From Podarcis melisellensis (taxonomy: Eukaryota): a stretch of 64,000 nt of DNA. The position numbers and the translations under genes are program-made. The stretch lies in assembly GCA_964234715.1 (NCBI GenBank), contig OZ174279.1, one strand, 5' to 3'. Shown here in pieces: positions 39,234-52,648 of the stretch. Below the pieces are notes generated by a model. That model was given only the letters and a program-made list of their open reading frames with translations. It was not told the origin of the DNA and did not search any database. Each line of letters starts with the position of its first letter. The stretch's first letter is position 1.

Positions 39234-39984
39234 CTGTGAAGAAGAAAGGAAATAATGGTTTGGATGATGGAACTGTATTTGTTCTAAAGTTAAGGTGTTT
39301 CATGCATTTAGAGCAGCTAATTGCATTCACGGGCTTCTACTTTTAAAGCAGACAGCCTGCATTATATAGTCATACAGAGATATCATACACAATGGTCAAG
39401 TCTGCCCTACAGGGATTTGTACTACTTAAATCAAGAGCCTTACATTTCAAGGACCATGAAAAAAAATGCACCTCCAAGTTCTTAAATTAAGAAATCTAAG
39501 GGCGGGGGAATATTCCAACTCCAAACTCTTCTACAGCAGTGGTTTAAAGCAGAGACCCAACCTCCCCCACCACCTGCAAAAGCTCATTTTGTCAATTGTT
39601 AAAATGTGGGGTAGGTGGTAACACTCTGTTCTCCACAAGGTTATTATTTTCCTGGGGAACCGAAGCTATTATTTACTTAATTTCTACAAAGGTGTACATT
39701 CCAAGAGTATTTCAATGTGGTTTACAGAAAACTAAAACACAATGGAGCACAAATCTAAATAAAAAGCAAAAGATCCTCTTTGCATTCCATCCCAAAAACC
39801 CCAGCAGCAACAAGAAGCAAAAGTGTTTTTAATATTCCTGTGAAGGAGCAAAAATTCAAAGCATGAGGAAGGGTGCCCCATAGTGGATTTGGCTCCTTCC
39901 TATTTCACTTTGGACAAAACAAAGTACTGCCACGTAAACTTTTCTGCTTCTGGGTTCAATGATTCTTGAGGAAGCTTGAACAAT

Positions 39985-40335
39985 TGCTTATTTATTTACT
40001 CACTGCATTTTTATGGCTACCCAATAACATACGTTGTCCAAGCAGCTCACAGAAATTTAAAAAATAAAATAAAATATTAAGAATAAAATGTAAAATAATA
40101 AAAGTAGCATAAAAAACCTGCTTCTCAAAGGGAAACAATAAAGCATGGATCCTAAGACTGAGATGGCCAGATTGAACAACTTGTGGGTTTTTTTTAATGA
40201 CCTGGATGCATAAAAAGGCTTTAACCTATTGCTAAAAAGGCTGCAAGGCTGACACCAAGCAAGTCTCTTTATAAAGCATGTTCCATAATTGGGTGCCACC
40301 ACTGAGAAGACCCTCTTCCTAGTAACTGTCTGCCT
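39985..40335 (-). mobile_element. L2-like LINE 3' fragment
   Basis: Minus ORF 40057..40338 begins with RKRVFSVVAP, an L2 ORF2 C-terminal motif; TTTA tail at the low end. Confidence 0.55.
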
Positions 40336-43300
40336 CATCGGGTAGGTAGGTATATATACAGAACAAGGAGATCTTCCGAATAAACTGACCCCAAGCTCTT
40401 TGTGGTTTTGTAAAATTTAAGGGTAGCATCTCTCTGAGAGAGTATGTCATACAGATAATATTGCGTTTTCAGCCACAGTCACAGAGGAATAGACACGTAA
40501 TTTGTTCTTGGAATATGGCCACATAAGTTGAAGCAGGCAATATCTTGTGCATCCCCTTCTGTGTGAAAGCTTAGGAGGAATGCCTCTACTAAGATGCAAG
40601 CCACAGTGTTTAAAAAGGCATAAAAACATTTTCATTAAATCTGCTGCCCAATTAATCAGGGGCACCTTTTAAATTGATTAGAAGGTTTCAATTTTTCATC
40701 ACCCAAACACTGCCACCCCTGTCATTACCTCATGTTGAATTCCTTTGTGAGATTCACAAAGCATTGTTACATTATTGATCATTCTACAGAAGTCCAAACT
40801 CCGTGTTTTGGCTATAAAAGGATTTCTGATTCAATTCTAGCTCAGAAACCCGAACTGTCCAAGCATCTCCTCCCCAATCACCAAGAGAGGCCATTTCTAG
40901 GCCACAGGAAGCACTGTTCGAAATGGCAGCCAGATACTGAGCCAGAGGCAGATAGCTTTGCGTTGGAGTGCTTTAATACGGTTTTATACTGCATATAAAG
41001 AATGCAAACATAAACCAGTTTGTTGAAAACTACCCTTTTGGTGAAAGCTGGCTATAATTCTGAACAAGTTTTCAATTTTCACACTGCTGCTAGGGTAAAA
41101 CATTTTAAAGAGTTTAATTTTTACAGTGGCTTCAATGACACAGGATTATCCAACAAAGTAATGGCTAATCAATAGAGGGTTTAGTTGTCAGGTGAAACAT
41201 ATAACACACTAAAAGGGATTGATTGCTAGGCTCCTCCTTATTTACTGGAAGGTATATATTTAAAATGACACAAACTTGTTACCAAGCCACATTCCTTTAA
41301 CCTTGCAAAAGCTGTTTGAGATGAGTGTTAAGCAGCCTATAGCAACACACTAATGGGAAAAAAATATCTACCGACGTATGACCGCTTCAAATCATGTCAG
41401 GAGCAGAAATGCAATGAGAGGAGCTCGGCGATGCAAAGCAGCATCTATCGCCAGACAAAGGTCCAAATTACCACCCCCAGATGCTGCTATGGAAGTGGAG
41501 AGACTGTCTGGAGTACCACTTAAAAATTACATGAAGTGTAAAACATTGTCTTTTCATAATCTGTGGGGGAAATCAGAATATTCTGAGGTGGTCTGAGGTG
41601 GTAAGGAGGGAGTATCTAAAATACAGAAACAATGAGCAAAGTATGAAATGGGTCTGTCTTCTTTTCAATAAACACTGTAATGCTTGGCCAACCTTCTCTC
41701 TGCAGCCATAAAGACTAAAAATTTACCTGTTTTAAACTAGCAGAAACTACTTCATATCTATGTTCCATAGCAGCGCAGGGTATATTAACAACTCTGTATC
41801 TCTTTGACTGACAAACATCTTAAGGTCTCAGATTTTTAGGTTATGCCCAAAGGTACAAAGGACGAACATGACCAACACACACATTGTATCACAACATTCA
41901 CAACATTCAGAGGACAGGAATTGGTGCAGCTCTCTGCTGAATGCATTTACCAAGTCCAGGGTTGGTTCCTATGCAATGAATAAAATGGTCCACAGGTCCT
42001 TCCAATGTCAGGATCAAGTGGGCCTACTCTTAATCCTTTGAATCCCTGAGGGCTTCCAAGTTTTCCATCTATACCAATGGATGGCTTTTGCAATTGCATG
42101 GTCTAAATAAAAAGTGATTTCACAATTCATCCAAAAGATCTCATCTTTCAGCACACCAGCACTTTAATTGGAGAATCTAAATGTTCAATAAGATTTCTTT
42201 CCCACCCCTGTAGTCAATAATTACATGATTTATCAGAGAAAGATATTATTGTAGTAAAAACACAACAACGAAATCCAAGAGCACAATCTTCCCCCAAGTC
42301 ATTTCCAGAGACAAGATTATTAAACTCTTTTTTTCATTGTTCAAACAAGGGCTTTTGCAGCAAAGCACCAATTGCCAAATGGTAAGAAAATAGTTATTAG
42401 ACTCTGAAGAATTCAGTGGAAGTGGGAAGTTATACGAACAAATCACTCTTGCAGATTCAGAAAGATCGCTTTCATCTCACTTACAGGGCCTTATGAGACC
42501 TCCATTAATTACCCTTAAGGTCTTTCACACAGACTATTTTTTAAAAAGGCAATTTATTTATTTATTTCCAATGAGGTGCTTCTTCCGAAAGTATTAAATA
42601 ATGCCTGCAAATTTAAAAGCGTTTTTATAAACAGGTAATTAAAAAAAAGGAAGATGAGAATTAAGCCAAGCTGCAGAGCATTACCCAGAATCCACTGTGA
42701 TTATCGTTTCTATATTTAAAGTAAAATGTCTAGTCTCTGTTGCTCGGAATGCTTGTGGGAAGGGGAAAAGATCTCTGCAGGAAGTCAGCAAGAAAAAATA
42801 TAGACTAGCCAAGCCAAAACCAAGAACATTTACAGAAACGTCCCCAAAGCTCAGTTTGTCATATTGCAATTACACCTTGCCTACTGTGGAGCCAGAGTCC
42901 CTAATTTTGCCACTAGAGGGAAGAATTGTCTCAACACATGGTGATGGCAAATGGGGAATGGGTTTTCCTGAGCAATTTCCATAACAATGCTCCCTTGGCT
43001 GTATGTACCTTCTAATTACTCAGTACAATTAAAATGACTAACCTAAAAACAAATGGGGGGAGGAAATGCTCAGCCCATTTCCAACATTTGTGTCCTCTTT
43101 TATCAATCAAAACAAGGAGAAGGACAATGCTACTTTGTGTCCCATTCCCGAGCCGCTGAAACTTTTTCAGTAAAACAATATTGACAAAAGCAAGGAGTGC
43201 TGAATTGCTTGTAAAACAAAAACTGAAACAGGAAAAAAAAATCCAAACAAAAGAGAAATGTCATGGTATTTAGCCATCTGGTAGCAGCTTGAAAACAAAT

Positions 43301-45339
43301 TGTCCTCCAAAGAGCAGAAATACAGTATGCTTTCTCTCAGTTCACTGGCTTATGAATATAGCTCCCCCTCCTGCCTTTCCCCCTAAAGTAGATAAGCTAA
43401 TGCTGGATGTGAGTGGCTTCCGCAAACTTTTTACGCTTATACCCCATTATTCAAAGGTCGCCCTAGCCAACTGGGCTAACTGCATCTTCCCCCCCAAAGG
43501 GCTACTGTATATGTAGCACCTCTTTAAAATGCTCTAGATTTTCTGCCTGCCAATGAAAAGTTTGCCTTGTGGTGGCTGATCTTCCAAGGCTTAAATCCTT
43601 CATTTTATAAGGCTAGTCATTAAAAGGGAAGATGGCAGGCAAGTCAGTCATTTTTCTTCCCCATTGACAATTGGTGACATTTCTCCAGCAGCGCACAAGG
43701 TGTTGAAAACCTGGCAGCTGTTACCTCCTGGGACGGAGCTCCTTTTTTATCCTCCTCTTGACAGCTTAACTCAATGGGTCAGCACCTTTAAAGACTGCAA
43801 AGTATCAGTGAAGTGGATGGCCAGAGTTGAATTACTGCACCCTTCCTAATCAATGTAAACCCTCACTGCAGGTGAAACTCTTCATCTATAGAGGTGCATG
43901 GGGGAGGAAAATGTAATGCCCTGAGCCAGATGGGTTTCATCTTGTGGTTTTTTTGTGGTTGTTTTTTAAAAGAAAGGAACAAGCTAACAAGGGGACAGCT
44001 ACTTTGTCAGCTTCTTGGCCTCTCTCATGGCTCTGAGGCCCCAGGGTTCCAGCCACACAAGAGAAAAGAATTCAGCATACACGTAAACACTTAAAGAAAT
44101 ATAACTAGGGAGATGGCAACATGCTGTTTTCAAAGACTTGAGAGTCCTGCTCAGAGCTTTATTTATCACTACCCACGTTCATTGGCCTGTAAGTGGACAC
44201 GGAAACAAAAGGTCAGGACAATAGACAACGCAAGCAATTTACTCCATTACGGGGGAATGCAGAAATGCCGCACATCTGACAGACCCGATTAGCATTGAAG
44301 TAGGGACAGGGGGCAACCACAGAGTTTTTAGGCTGAAGGACAACATTTCTGCTGAACAGGCAAGGATTTCTGCACAAGTGATATTTGGGATAATAACTGG
44401 CCCCAAGTACAAATGAAATAAAACTCTGGAGGACTTTAATAGTGGATAGGAAAACACAAAAGCAAATTATAAGCACGTTTGAAATAACTATTCCCCCTTC
44501 ATACTGGGTCCCTTTTTCCTAACAAGCGTTCAAGATTGATACAAATTACACCTTAAACACCAACTCTTTTCCTCACACAAACATCTACAGCCTACTCTAC
44601 AGTAACTAGGAAGCGATGTTCCTTTACTTTTGCCTCTCTTTTGCTCTGGCTTGCCCATACTTTTAAGCATCCTGCAGCACAAAATGTCAGAGGCTTTTTA
44701 TGTCCTCTCCAACCTGTAAATGTTGTAGCTCTGTGCTGAATTGCTGAAGGAAGAGTTCATGAAAATGCTGGGTGGCTGGGACGGGGTCTTGGGTCCTTCA
44801 CTTTCCTTTCATCGGGAAGCTCTTAGGAGAGATGATCCCAATGAAAAGTGCAATGCACATCATTGCAATCCCGCTGCCGTCAGCACATCCCCATGGCACC
44901 TTTTGACACGATTTCCTCTCCACCCCCAACTCACCCCATAGAGCAAGTCTTGACAGCAAAAAGGCACTTCATTATTACCCCATTTGAGCACAGGAGAGAG
45001 AAGCTTTCTTTAAACAACCTGCATTGTGCCAATATTTTTAAAGACAGTAGGGTAATCAAGTTCAGGGCAGCTCCGGACAGCTGCCCTGTGACCTATGCCT
45101 GCTGACCCTTGCTATTCATCACTTTCCTTTGGAGGATGAGGGCAAGCTCCTGGGGAGTGACCACTACAATAGACAGATACAAGCCAACAATAATATGGTT
45201 CCTACAAAAAAGAACGGGAAAACCCAGATGGCACTGCAATAAATTTACAGATCTTCATTCATGGCTCTGTTTAACACAACCAAAAGCCAAAAGGCTCAGA
45301 GGTCCCTGGGGAGCTTCCCCCTCATTGGTTTCTAAAAGC

Positions 45340-45341
<2 letters not shown>

Positions 45342-45402
<61 letters not shown>
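45342..45402. repeat. (CT)n microsatellite
   Basis: Read directly. Confidence 0.97.
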
Positions 45403-45406
<4 letters not shown>

Positions 45407-45739
45407 CTAAGCCCCAACTCTTCAGAAATGGAGACGAAGCCCTTAAAATAACAAATGCCCGACCTAATCAATCTACTATTCGGATCCAACACTAAATGAT
45501 GGCTACTGAAAACTAATTACAGTTTTTGGCAAGAACGTTGAATTTAAAATGGAAACATACAGGTTAAAAAGGCACTGAAGCATTTGAGGGTGTTTTAAAA
45601 AGACTGCACACATGCACAAAACAGGACTCAAACCAGGAGACTGATTCAATAATTCACACATTTATTTTTAAAATGAATCAGATTAGTCCCATGTGTGACC
45701 TGCCGGTCCATCTGTATTCACTGGACTTAATGGGCACTC

Positions 45740-45871
45740 NNNNNNNNNNNNNNNNNNNNNNNNNNNNNNNNNNNNNNNNNNNNNNNNNNNNNNNNNNNNN
45801 NNNNNNNNNNNNNNNNNNNNNNNNNNNNNNNNNNNNNNNNNNNNNNNNNNNNNNNNNNNNNNNNNNNNNNN
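45740..45871. other. N-run (132 bp)
   Basis: Read directly. Confidence 0.99.
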
Positions 45872-46108
45872 AAAATTCGTTTGTTAGCTTAAACATAGTT
45901 GCCAAAAACTTTGTCCCCTTGTCGTGGTTTTCCAAGGCTGCAAACACACATCCGCACAACCTTCCCCACCCATGGCCCCCCAGCATTCAATTTACCCCCA
46001 AGTCTTTCTTCACAGAATACATGCTAATAAGACCTAATTATATTTACTTCTCTAAACGGTACATGGCTTTAAACTAGGTTATGTTTCTCTCTGCTGGCTT
46101 CTTCTATG

Positions 46109-46297
46109 CACTGGCGGAGGAAGAGAAGTGTGGGAGGAGCGCACCGCCCCTGGCAGTGTCATCCTGGTGGGTGCCATCGCGGCTGCCCCCCTGCCTGTGC
46201 TGGGTGCCATGCCCCCGCAGGCGGCATGCCACACCTCCAGGACACACGCCTGCCTGCTCTCCGCCCGCTGGTCCCAGAGCATGACGCTCCGCCACTG
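46109..46297. mobile_element. GC-rich non-autonomous hAT element
   Basis: TIRs CACTGGCGGAG / CTCCGCCACTG; 8-bp TSD cttctatg / tttctatg. Confidence 0.82.
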
Positions 46298-47993
46298 TTT
46301 CTATGCAAGAGTAATGGGAGGTGGTCAAAGGTGCCCACTAAACATTTGAAGTACATGACTTCCCGTAAAGATTCCTGGAAACTTTAGCTGTAGCTCTGTA
46401 GGAGGTCAGTTACAGTTCCCAATATTATTTGGGAGAAGTGTTACACTTTAAATGCATGGAGCCAAAATAAAGGCCACCATAGGTTACACCTCCATGTGGA
46501 AATGTGTTTTCATTCTGCAATGCATAATAAGCAGTGCTGTATACCTGCCATGTGTACATAGATCAAGCAGATGATGCTTGCAAAAGTTCTCTACCCCATG
46601 TACTTGCGGATCAGATACTGATGCTGTCCTTTCATGAGTGAGAATGATTGTTGTGAATTTTAGTGTCAATTTACTAAATAGTAAATAGACAATAGGAAGT
46701 TTAAGGAGTGGCTGGATGTCCAGCCTTATTCCCCCCCCCCAACAAATTTGCCCTCTCCTGAGCAAAGGAGTACATAATATACGTTTGCATTCAAAGAAGA
46801 AAATAGAACTGTTTTTCATAAAATAAACACATTGCTTTCTCGATTCCTTCTAGGTCCCTATAGGACTATCCAGACAGGGAATTTATTTACCAACGGGATA
46901 TTGAGATATCACAAATGGATCAATGGCAACAGCTTTATCCTTTATGCAATATCACACACACAAAACCCCCTAATATGGGATTCTTTCCCAGAAATGGAAA
47001 ATCTAGATTAAAGGGGAGGGTGGGATAGTGATATTGGTTGAAATGTTGATGCCAACAGTGTTGTGTGGATCCTGCATAAAAAAAAGAAATAAGAAAGTGC
47101 ATATCTGAGGAGCATTGATTTCACAAATACATGGCTGGAAGCATATCTGATCTCAAAGATATAGCCTGCAGGCCAATTTGGAATGACTTTGCTTTTCCAA
47201 TGAGTTCAGCCAAGTAATACCTCTTCTTTATTTACTGTCCAAGAAAATCTCAGCTGCACCCTGCTAATGCCAGCTACCAGGCCTCACTAACCAGAATGCT
47301 ACTGTCTGCAAACTAGTAACAGCAGCTGAAGGTTAAGACTATGGCATAAAGCATCAATAACCCTTGTGTGTAAGGGAGTGCATCTAAATTCCAAGAATCA
47401 CTTTTTAAATTGGCAGCCAATTCTGTATTAACTGAAAAGCCTATTAGCTCACCTTTCTTCTGTTCTGGTTCAAGTTTAGATTAGGAATATAACTGAATGT
47501 TTGTTCCTTTAGTTATGGCCACACACATAAGAATCAAGGCCTATTGGTCTGAAAACCTGCCTGATAGCAATACGATCTTGCTATTCCCCAAGTGGTCAAG
47601 GGTGGTTGCAGAATACGTGGATCTCTTGTACAGCATATAACAAGGAATTCAGTATCCATCCATTACTAGCTCAGCAAAGAATCACACCACCTGCTTGACC
47701 CACAAGATTGCTCTCTAAGGCACATTACTGGAGCAATATATGATACATAAGAAAGTAAGCTTGCATACTGCTCTGGAAAGATGTGAATTAGCTCCAAGGT
47801 GCCTTCCAAAGAATGGCTGTTGTAACTTGAAAGTTTATATACTCTTTCAGGAAAGAGAGAGGGAGGGAGGAAGAGAGAGAAAATAATTCCTTTGTGTTTT
47901 GTATCTTTCCAAATTGCAAGGGATGTCAAAGGACTCTAGGTCATTCAAGTAAAGGGGCTGGGTGGGTTTTGCACACCTAAATTCAGTGCATAC

Positions 47994-48071
47994 CTGCCTG
48001 AGTGCATTCTTCTCGGGAATGATCTTCCTGGGGGGCTCGTCATTGTTACAGTCTTCTCTCTCAGATGAATT
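47994..48071 (-). CDS. BTRC: BTRC (beta-TrCP1) coding exon, equivalent to human exon 3; NSSEREDCNNDEPPRKIIPEKNALRQ
   Basis: 78 nt, phase 0/0, bounded by tctgcatag| and |GTATGC on the minus strand. Translation is near-identical to the beta-TrCP1 N-terminal segment NSSEREDCNNGEPPRKIIPEKNSLRQ as I recall it. Confidence 0.96.
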
Positions 48072-48599
48072 CTATGCAGATGAGAGGGGAAAAGGTGGAA
48101 ATCATTAATTCAGATATTTTCCTTTCAACACTGATCTAAGAAAGCAAAAAATCTGATGTTTTCAGCAACATTACCTATGAGATTTCACTTCCTTAGAATT
48201 CTTTTTGTTAAGAGGCGTCAATATTTTTTATTTTGTCTGGCACGCAATTGGATAAATTGGAATGAGTGTCTGCCATAGGCATAGCCTGTGACACATCCAG
48301 TATCATGAAAATCAGCAAGCCACTATAAACAGACCCTAGACATAATCCTTCATGATAGATACCCATCTAATTAAACAAGACTTTCAAAATATTACAAAGT
48401 CAGATTTTTTGTATTCTCAGCATGTGTCCAAGCACTTCCATAATGCTGGATCTGAACTCTTCTACATAACTAAAGTGGGATGCCCTGGCTCACAACAATA
48501 CTAGGGTTTAATACAATGGAATTACTTCCACTTCAATGACTTTGATAATGAACATTAAGAACCTAAGAAGAGCCTGCTGAACATTCAACTTTTGGATAT

Positions 48600-49200
48600 C
48601 CATGACTTCCAATGTTATGGAAGAGGGAGAACAACTTTTTCCTATCTATTTATAAACTTCATGTCACCTCTTATTTGCCTTCTCTCTAAATTGGGAAATC
48701 CCAACTACCACAATCATTTTGGTTGCCTTTTTCTGAACTTTTTCCAACTCTACAAGGTCTTATTTCGTGTGAGGAAACTAGCACTGAACATAATATTCCA
48801 AATGTGGCTGTACCATAGATTTGTATAACCACAATTCCCTTCCTAATGCGCCCTAGCATTGAATTTGCCTTTTTCACAGCTGCTGCACACTGAGGTCAAC
48901 ATCTTCATTGAGATATCCACTAGGACCCCTCATTCCTGGTCAGCCACAGACAGATCCCCTGAGCATATATGTGAAATTATGAATCTTTTTTGCCCTGACT
49001 TTACACTTTGCATTGAACAGTGTTTTCCATTTTACTGACCATTCACTCCGTTTAGAGATGTCCTTTTGGAGCTCTTCACATTTTCTTTTTGTTTTAACAA
49101 CCCTGAGCAATTTAGTATCACCAGCAAATTGGGCCACCTCTCTGCTCACTCCTAACTCTAGATCATTTATGATCAAGTTATAAACAGGTCCTAATACTTA
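48600..49200 (-). mobile_element. Degraded CR1 LINE reverse-transcriptase fragment
   Basis: Minus ORFs INDLELGVSREVAQFAGDTKL (FADDTKL-like catalytic motif) and KKANSMLGRIRKGI are typical CR1 ORF2 motifs. Confidence 0.85.
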
Positions 49201-49329
49201 TCCTTAATGTTTCCATTAAGATCCAAAAGCCTGGACAAATAAAAATGTCTTCAGCCTTTATTTAAATGTATCAACTATGGGTGCCAACCAAATGTTGTTG
49301 GCATGTTGTTTAGGAAAAACAGACTACCT

Positions 49330-49475
49330 TGGAAGGTGGTGGACTCTCCTTCATCGTAAGTTTTTAAAAAGGTGTTAGCTAGCCATCTATCAGGCATTCT
49401 TTAGTTGTGATTCCTGCACTGCAGGGGGTTGGACTAGAGTGATCCTTGAATCACTTCCACCTCTACAATTCTATT
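49330..49475 (+). mobile_element. CR1 3' end
   Basis: gtggtggactctccttc...gcagggggttggactaga..gatcc..ttcca..ctctacaattctat. Confidence 0.75.
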
Positions 49476-49489
49476 TTTCTGAGATTGTA

Positions 49490-49675
49490 TAAATGGGCAC
49501 AGTCACTAAGAATGACTTGTCACATGTCATTGTCCTAACAGCCACTCCCACAGATGGGTCAGAAAGCAAGGCATCACCCACTGATCGTAATACATGGTTT
49601 GGGTAGTTATTTGGGAGACACTCCTTTAGGTACTTGAATCCAGAGTTGTTCAGGGCTTTATATGCTAGCAACTGA
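49490..49675 (-). mobile_element. L2-like LINE fragment
   Basis: Minus ORF LAYKALNNSGFKYLKECL...LRS, a typical L2 ORF2 C-terminal motif. Confidence 0.55.
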
Positions 49676-50001
49676 CAGCCAGTATGTTACAAAATTAAGC
49701 ATCACAATGTCAAAAAAGTATTTTTATGGGACTTAGAAATGTAGAATGCAAAAGCTCCTGGAAGCAGTGACTTTGTGGAAAGACCCAAATTAGTCCTGTG
49801 AGTTGCAACCTAAATACTAAGAAGAACACAGAGGAACTCCAAAATACCATGCCACTGTTACAATATAGTTTAGTAAGCTGATATATTTGCTACGTACTGA
49901 TACTAGCTGTTCCAGAAGCTCTTTTACAGCTAAAGACTTTGGTATAAATAAAGAACGTTATAGAGGATGTAAAAACAGACAGAATTTCAACCCAACAGGT
50001 A

Positions 50002-50356
50002 CCGTATTTTTTGCTCTATAACACGCACCAGACCATAACACGCACATAGTTTTTAGAGGAGGAAAACAAGAAAAAAATATATCCTAAACGAAATAGTGGA
50101 TATATGATTTTTATGATTCATGCTGTGGCCACAGACATGTGATCTGACAGTGAGTTTAGAGTAGCCCAATGCAAAAATCCTGAGGATCCATGCTTTGTAA
50201 CCACGGAGGAGGGAAGGAAGGGGAACCATGGATCCTCTGCTCACGACTGCAGCAGATCCCCCCGCCACCCGCAGGCATTCGCTCCATAACACGCACAGAC
50301 ATTTCCCCTTACTTTCTAGGAGGTAAAAAGTGAGTGTTATGGTGCAAAAAATACGG
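50002..50356. mobile_element. Tc1/mariner (Tc2-like) MITE
   Basis: TA|CCGTATTTTTTGC...GCAAAAAATACGG|TA TIRs; subterminal ATAACACGCAC repeats. Confidence 0.88.
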
Positions 50357-52648
50357 TATTTTGGCTAACCCAAATGGTAAAGACTGAGTTACCATGAATA
50401 GAGTCTGGATAGGAAAGGGTAGACAAAGCACCATCCACTGTCTTGGTCAATCTACTTATAGAGTATGTTTTAAGGAAGGATCTGAAACTGGAAACTGACT
50501 AATGATGAAGGACATAGTCCATGAAAAGGTTAAAATATGGGTGGGAAATATGGAATTAATAACACAAGTAGAGAAGAAGAAGAAAAAGTAAAACTAGTAC
50601 ATACATTATACTTTTAGGGTGGTACCTGAATACGGTACTAACAAGTGGCAGCACCAATAATAATAACATATATTTGAAGCGCATGCTCCTTTTCCCCCTT
50701 TGCCTTCCTTCTAGGATAAATGCATTACCAAATGCCATGGAATTCAACAGCCTTTATGTTGCCTGTCCCAACATGCTTCAAGTTTACCAATTTCTTCCTT
50801 GAAACTAAACAGCTAATTTGAAACCTTTGTTTTATTCATTATCTTTATAGGTGGCAAGACTAAGAGGTTGGCTGAACAAAGACCAGACAATGACTGCCAA
50901 GTGCATATGGTGGCTCACAGCTTGCCGTCACCCCATTCTACTGCACCAACACAGCAGACTATTAAAAAGGAGCGCTGCTCATGCACTTTTGTCAGCAAGT
51001 TAAGTTACGCTTGGCAAAGGATGAAAACTGGAAAAGATTATGCTCCTTAAGAAGCAGCAAAGATGGAACCGATTGCTTGGAAACTGGAAATCTTGTTTCC
51101 ATGTGGACAACAAGCTTTAGAAAACAGAAAATTCTTTGCAATCTTTAGATTCCGCTACGCATTTTAAAAATAAAATAAATAAGTACATCTGAAGGCATCA
51201 CTCCTCACTGAACTGCTCATCAGGTCTTCATACCACTTTTTGGGGCCTAGGGTCTGGGCCCTTGGGAGCAAAAATTAGGACCAATAAAGGAATGTTTGGG
51301 TCTACTGATCAATAAAGGAATGTTTTGAGTGAAATTCTAAAACTGTGAATACAGAATACAGCATCAAGGAAATCAAAACTGCAGTAAAATCACATCGGAG
51401 GGAGAAAGCAGACGCCCCCCCCACAGCCCACCCCAAAAGATGTGGGTGAAAACCCTGACAGCTCTTGATCGTACTAGATTGAATGCTTTCTTTTCACCAG
51501 GCTGCTCTCATTTGACAAATATTTTTACAAAAGCAAGATATGTGGAATCTCTCTCACAAGCAGTACAATTTCAGGCATGAAGCACAAGGCACAATTAATC
51601 AGGTCTTTTTTGAGACCAGTTTACCTCATAGTCTGTGCTCTGGTAATCTTCCCCCACATCTAGCACTCAGCAAGCCAACATTTCCAGAATGACAGCTCAA
51701 CCCTTAAGCTCAACCCACATGGTATTGGTAGAAGGTAATGTTTGGAATTATCCCATGATCACCAAATGCTTATTAGAAAGACAGTGGGATTATGTGGGGC
51801 AGTGAAGTATGGAGGACACACAAAAAATCCCACAATAAAAATGCCTCCTATAAGCAAGCATTGAATATGTAACATAACTGTAAGGAAAGTCTGAAAAGAA
51901 GTATGAGCTTCTTTGGCCTCTCTTGTGAAACAACCTTTCCGTGGAACTTAATCATGATTCTAGTACAGAAAATTCTGGGAAAGCTGAGCATGTGAATGGG
52001 GTTTGAAATCCTCATTCTTATCTTAACAGTTAGGCACACTTGAACTATCAGCAGCAAGGTAAAGATCACTTCTCTTTTACAATGCTAACAGGAGCATGTT
52101 TTTGAGACAATCCTATGTTCTAATCTTAGACAGTTAAGTGTCTAAAAGAGACCCTTGACAAATTCCATTTGTGTGAGAAGACTTGTAATTAACAGAATTC
52201 ACTTGCATGGCAACATAGCTACCCCAACGCCCGGTACTACCCTAAACTCAATACACAATTTATTAATATCAATGACATAGGAAACTCAGCCGCCACCCCT
52301 ACCTAAAATGTCCTCATAGTTGCACTGAAGCAACTGTGATATTGCAGCTTTCATGCCTATAAACCATCCAAACAAATGCTGGAATCAGATGCAATAGATG
52401 GATGAAAGCATTCCAAAGGACTATCAGCTGAACATAACCACCTTTTAAGACAGCCCCTCATCTCACAACAGATATCACAATAACCATGCCAACTACGGGG
52501 ATGCTTTTCTTCTTCTTCTTCTGAGGGTAGGAGGAGGAAAAGACTGTACTTGCCAGCACTAATTATAAAGCCATACAGATGCAGCACTTTTTCAAATGTC
52601 TATCTGTGTGTGAGAGAGGAACCATGTCTATGCAGAGAGCACTTTTTA

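Larger units (their letters stand above)
39144..48071 (-). other. BTRC: Two symmetric (phase 0/0) N-terminal BTRC exons separated by an 8.76-kb intron
   Basis: Exon lengths 90 and 78 nt are both multiples of 3, so either could be skipped in frame. Confidence 0.8.

Noticed and set aside
46079-46387. Cluster of six GC-rich ORFs, possible CpG-island promoter
   Set aside because: Explained by the GC-rich hAT MITE 46109-46297 with TIRs and TSD.
51282-51325. 16-bp direct repeat CAATAAAGGAATGTTT (similar small duplication at about 6865-6904)
   Set aside because: Ordinary local slippage duplications with no array structure; not CRISPR-like.
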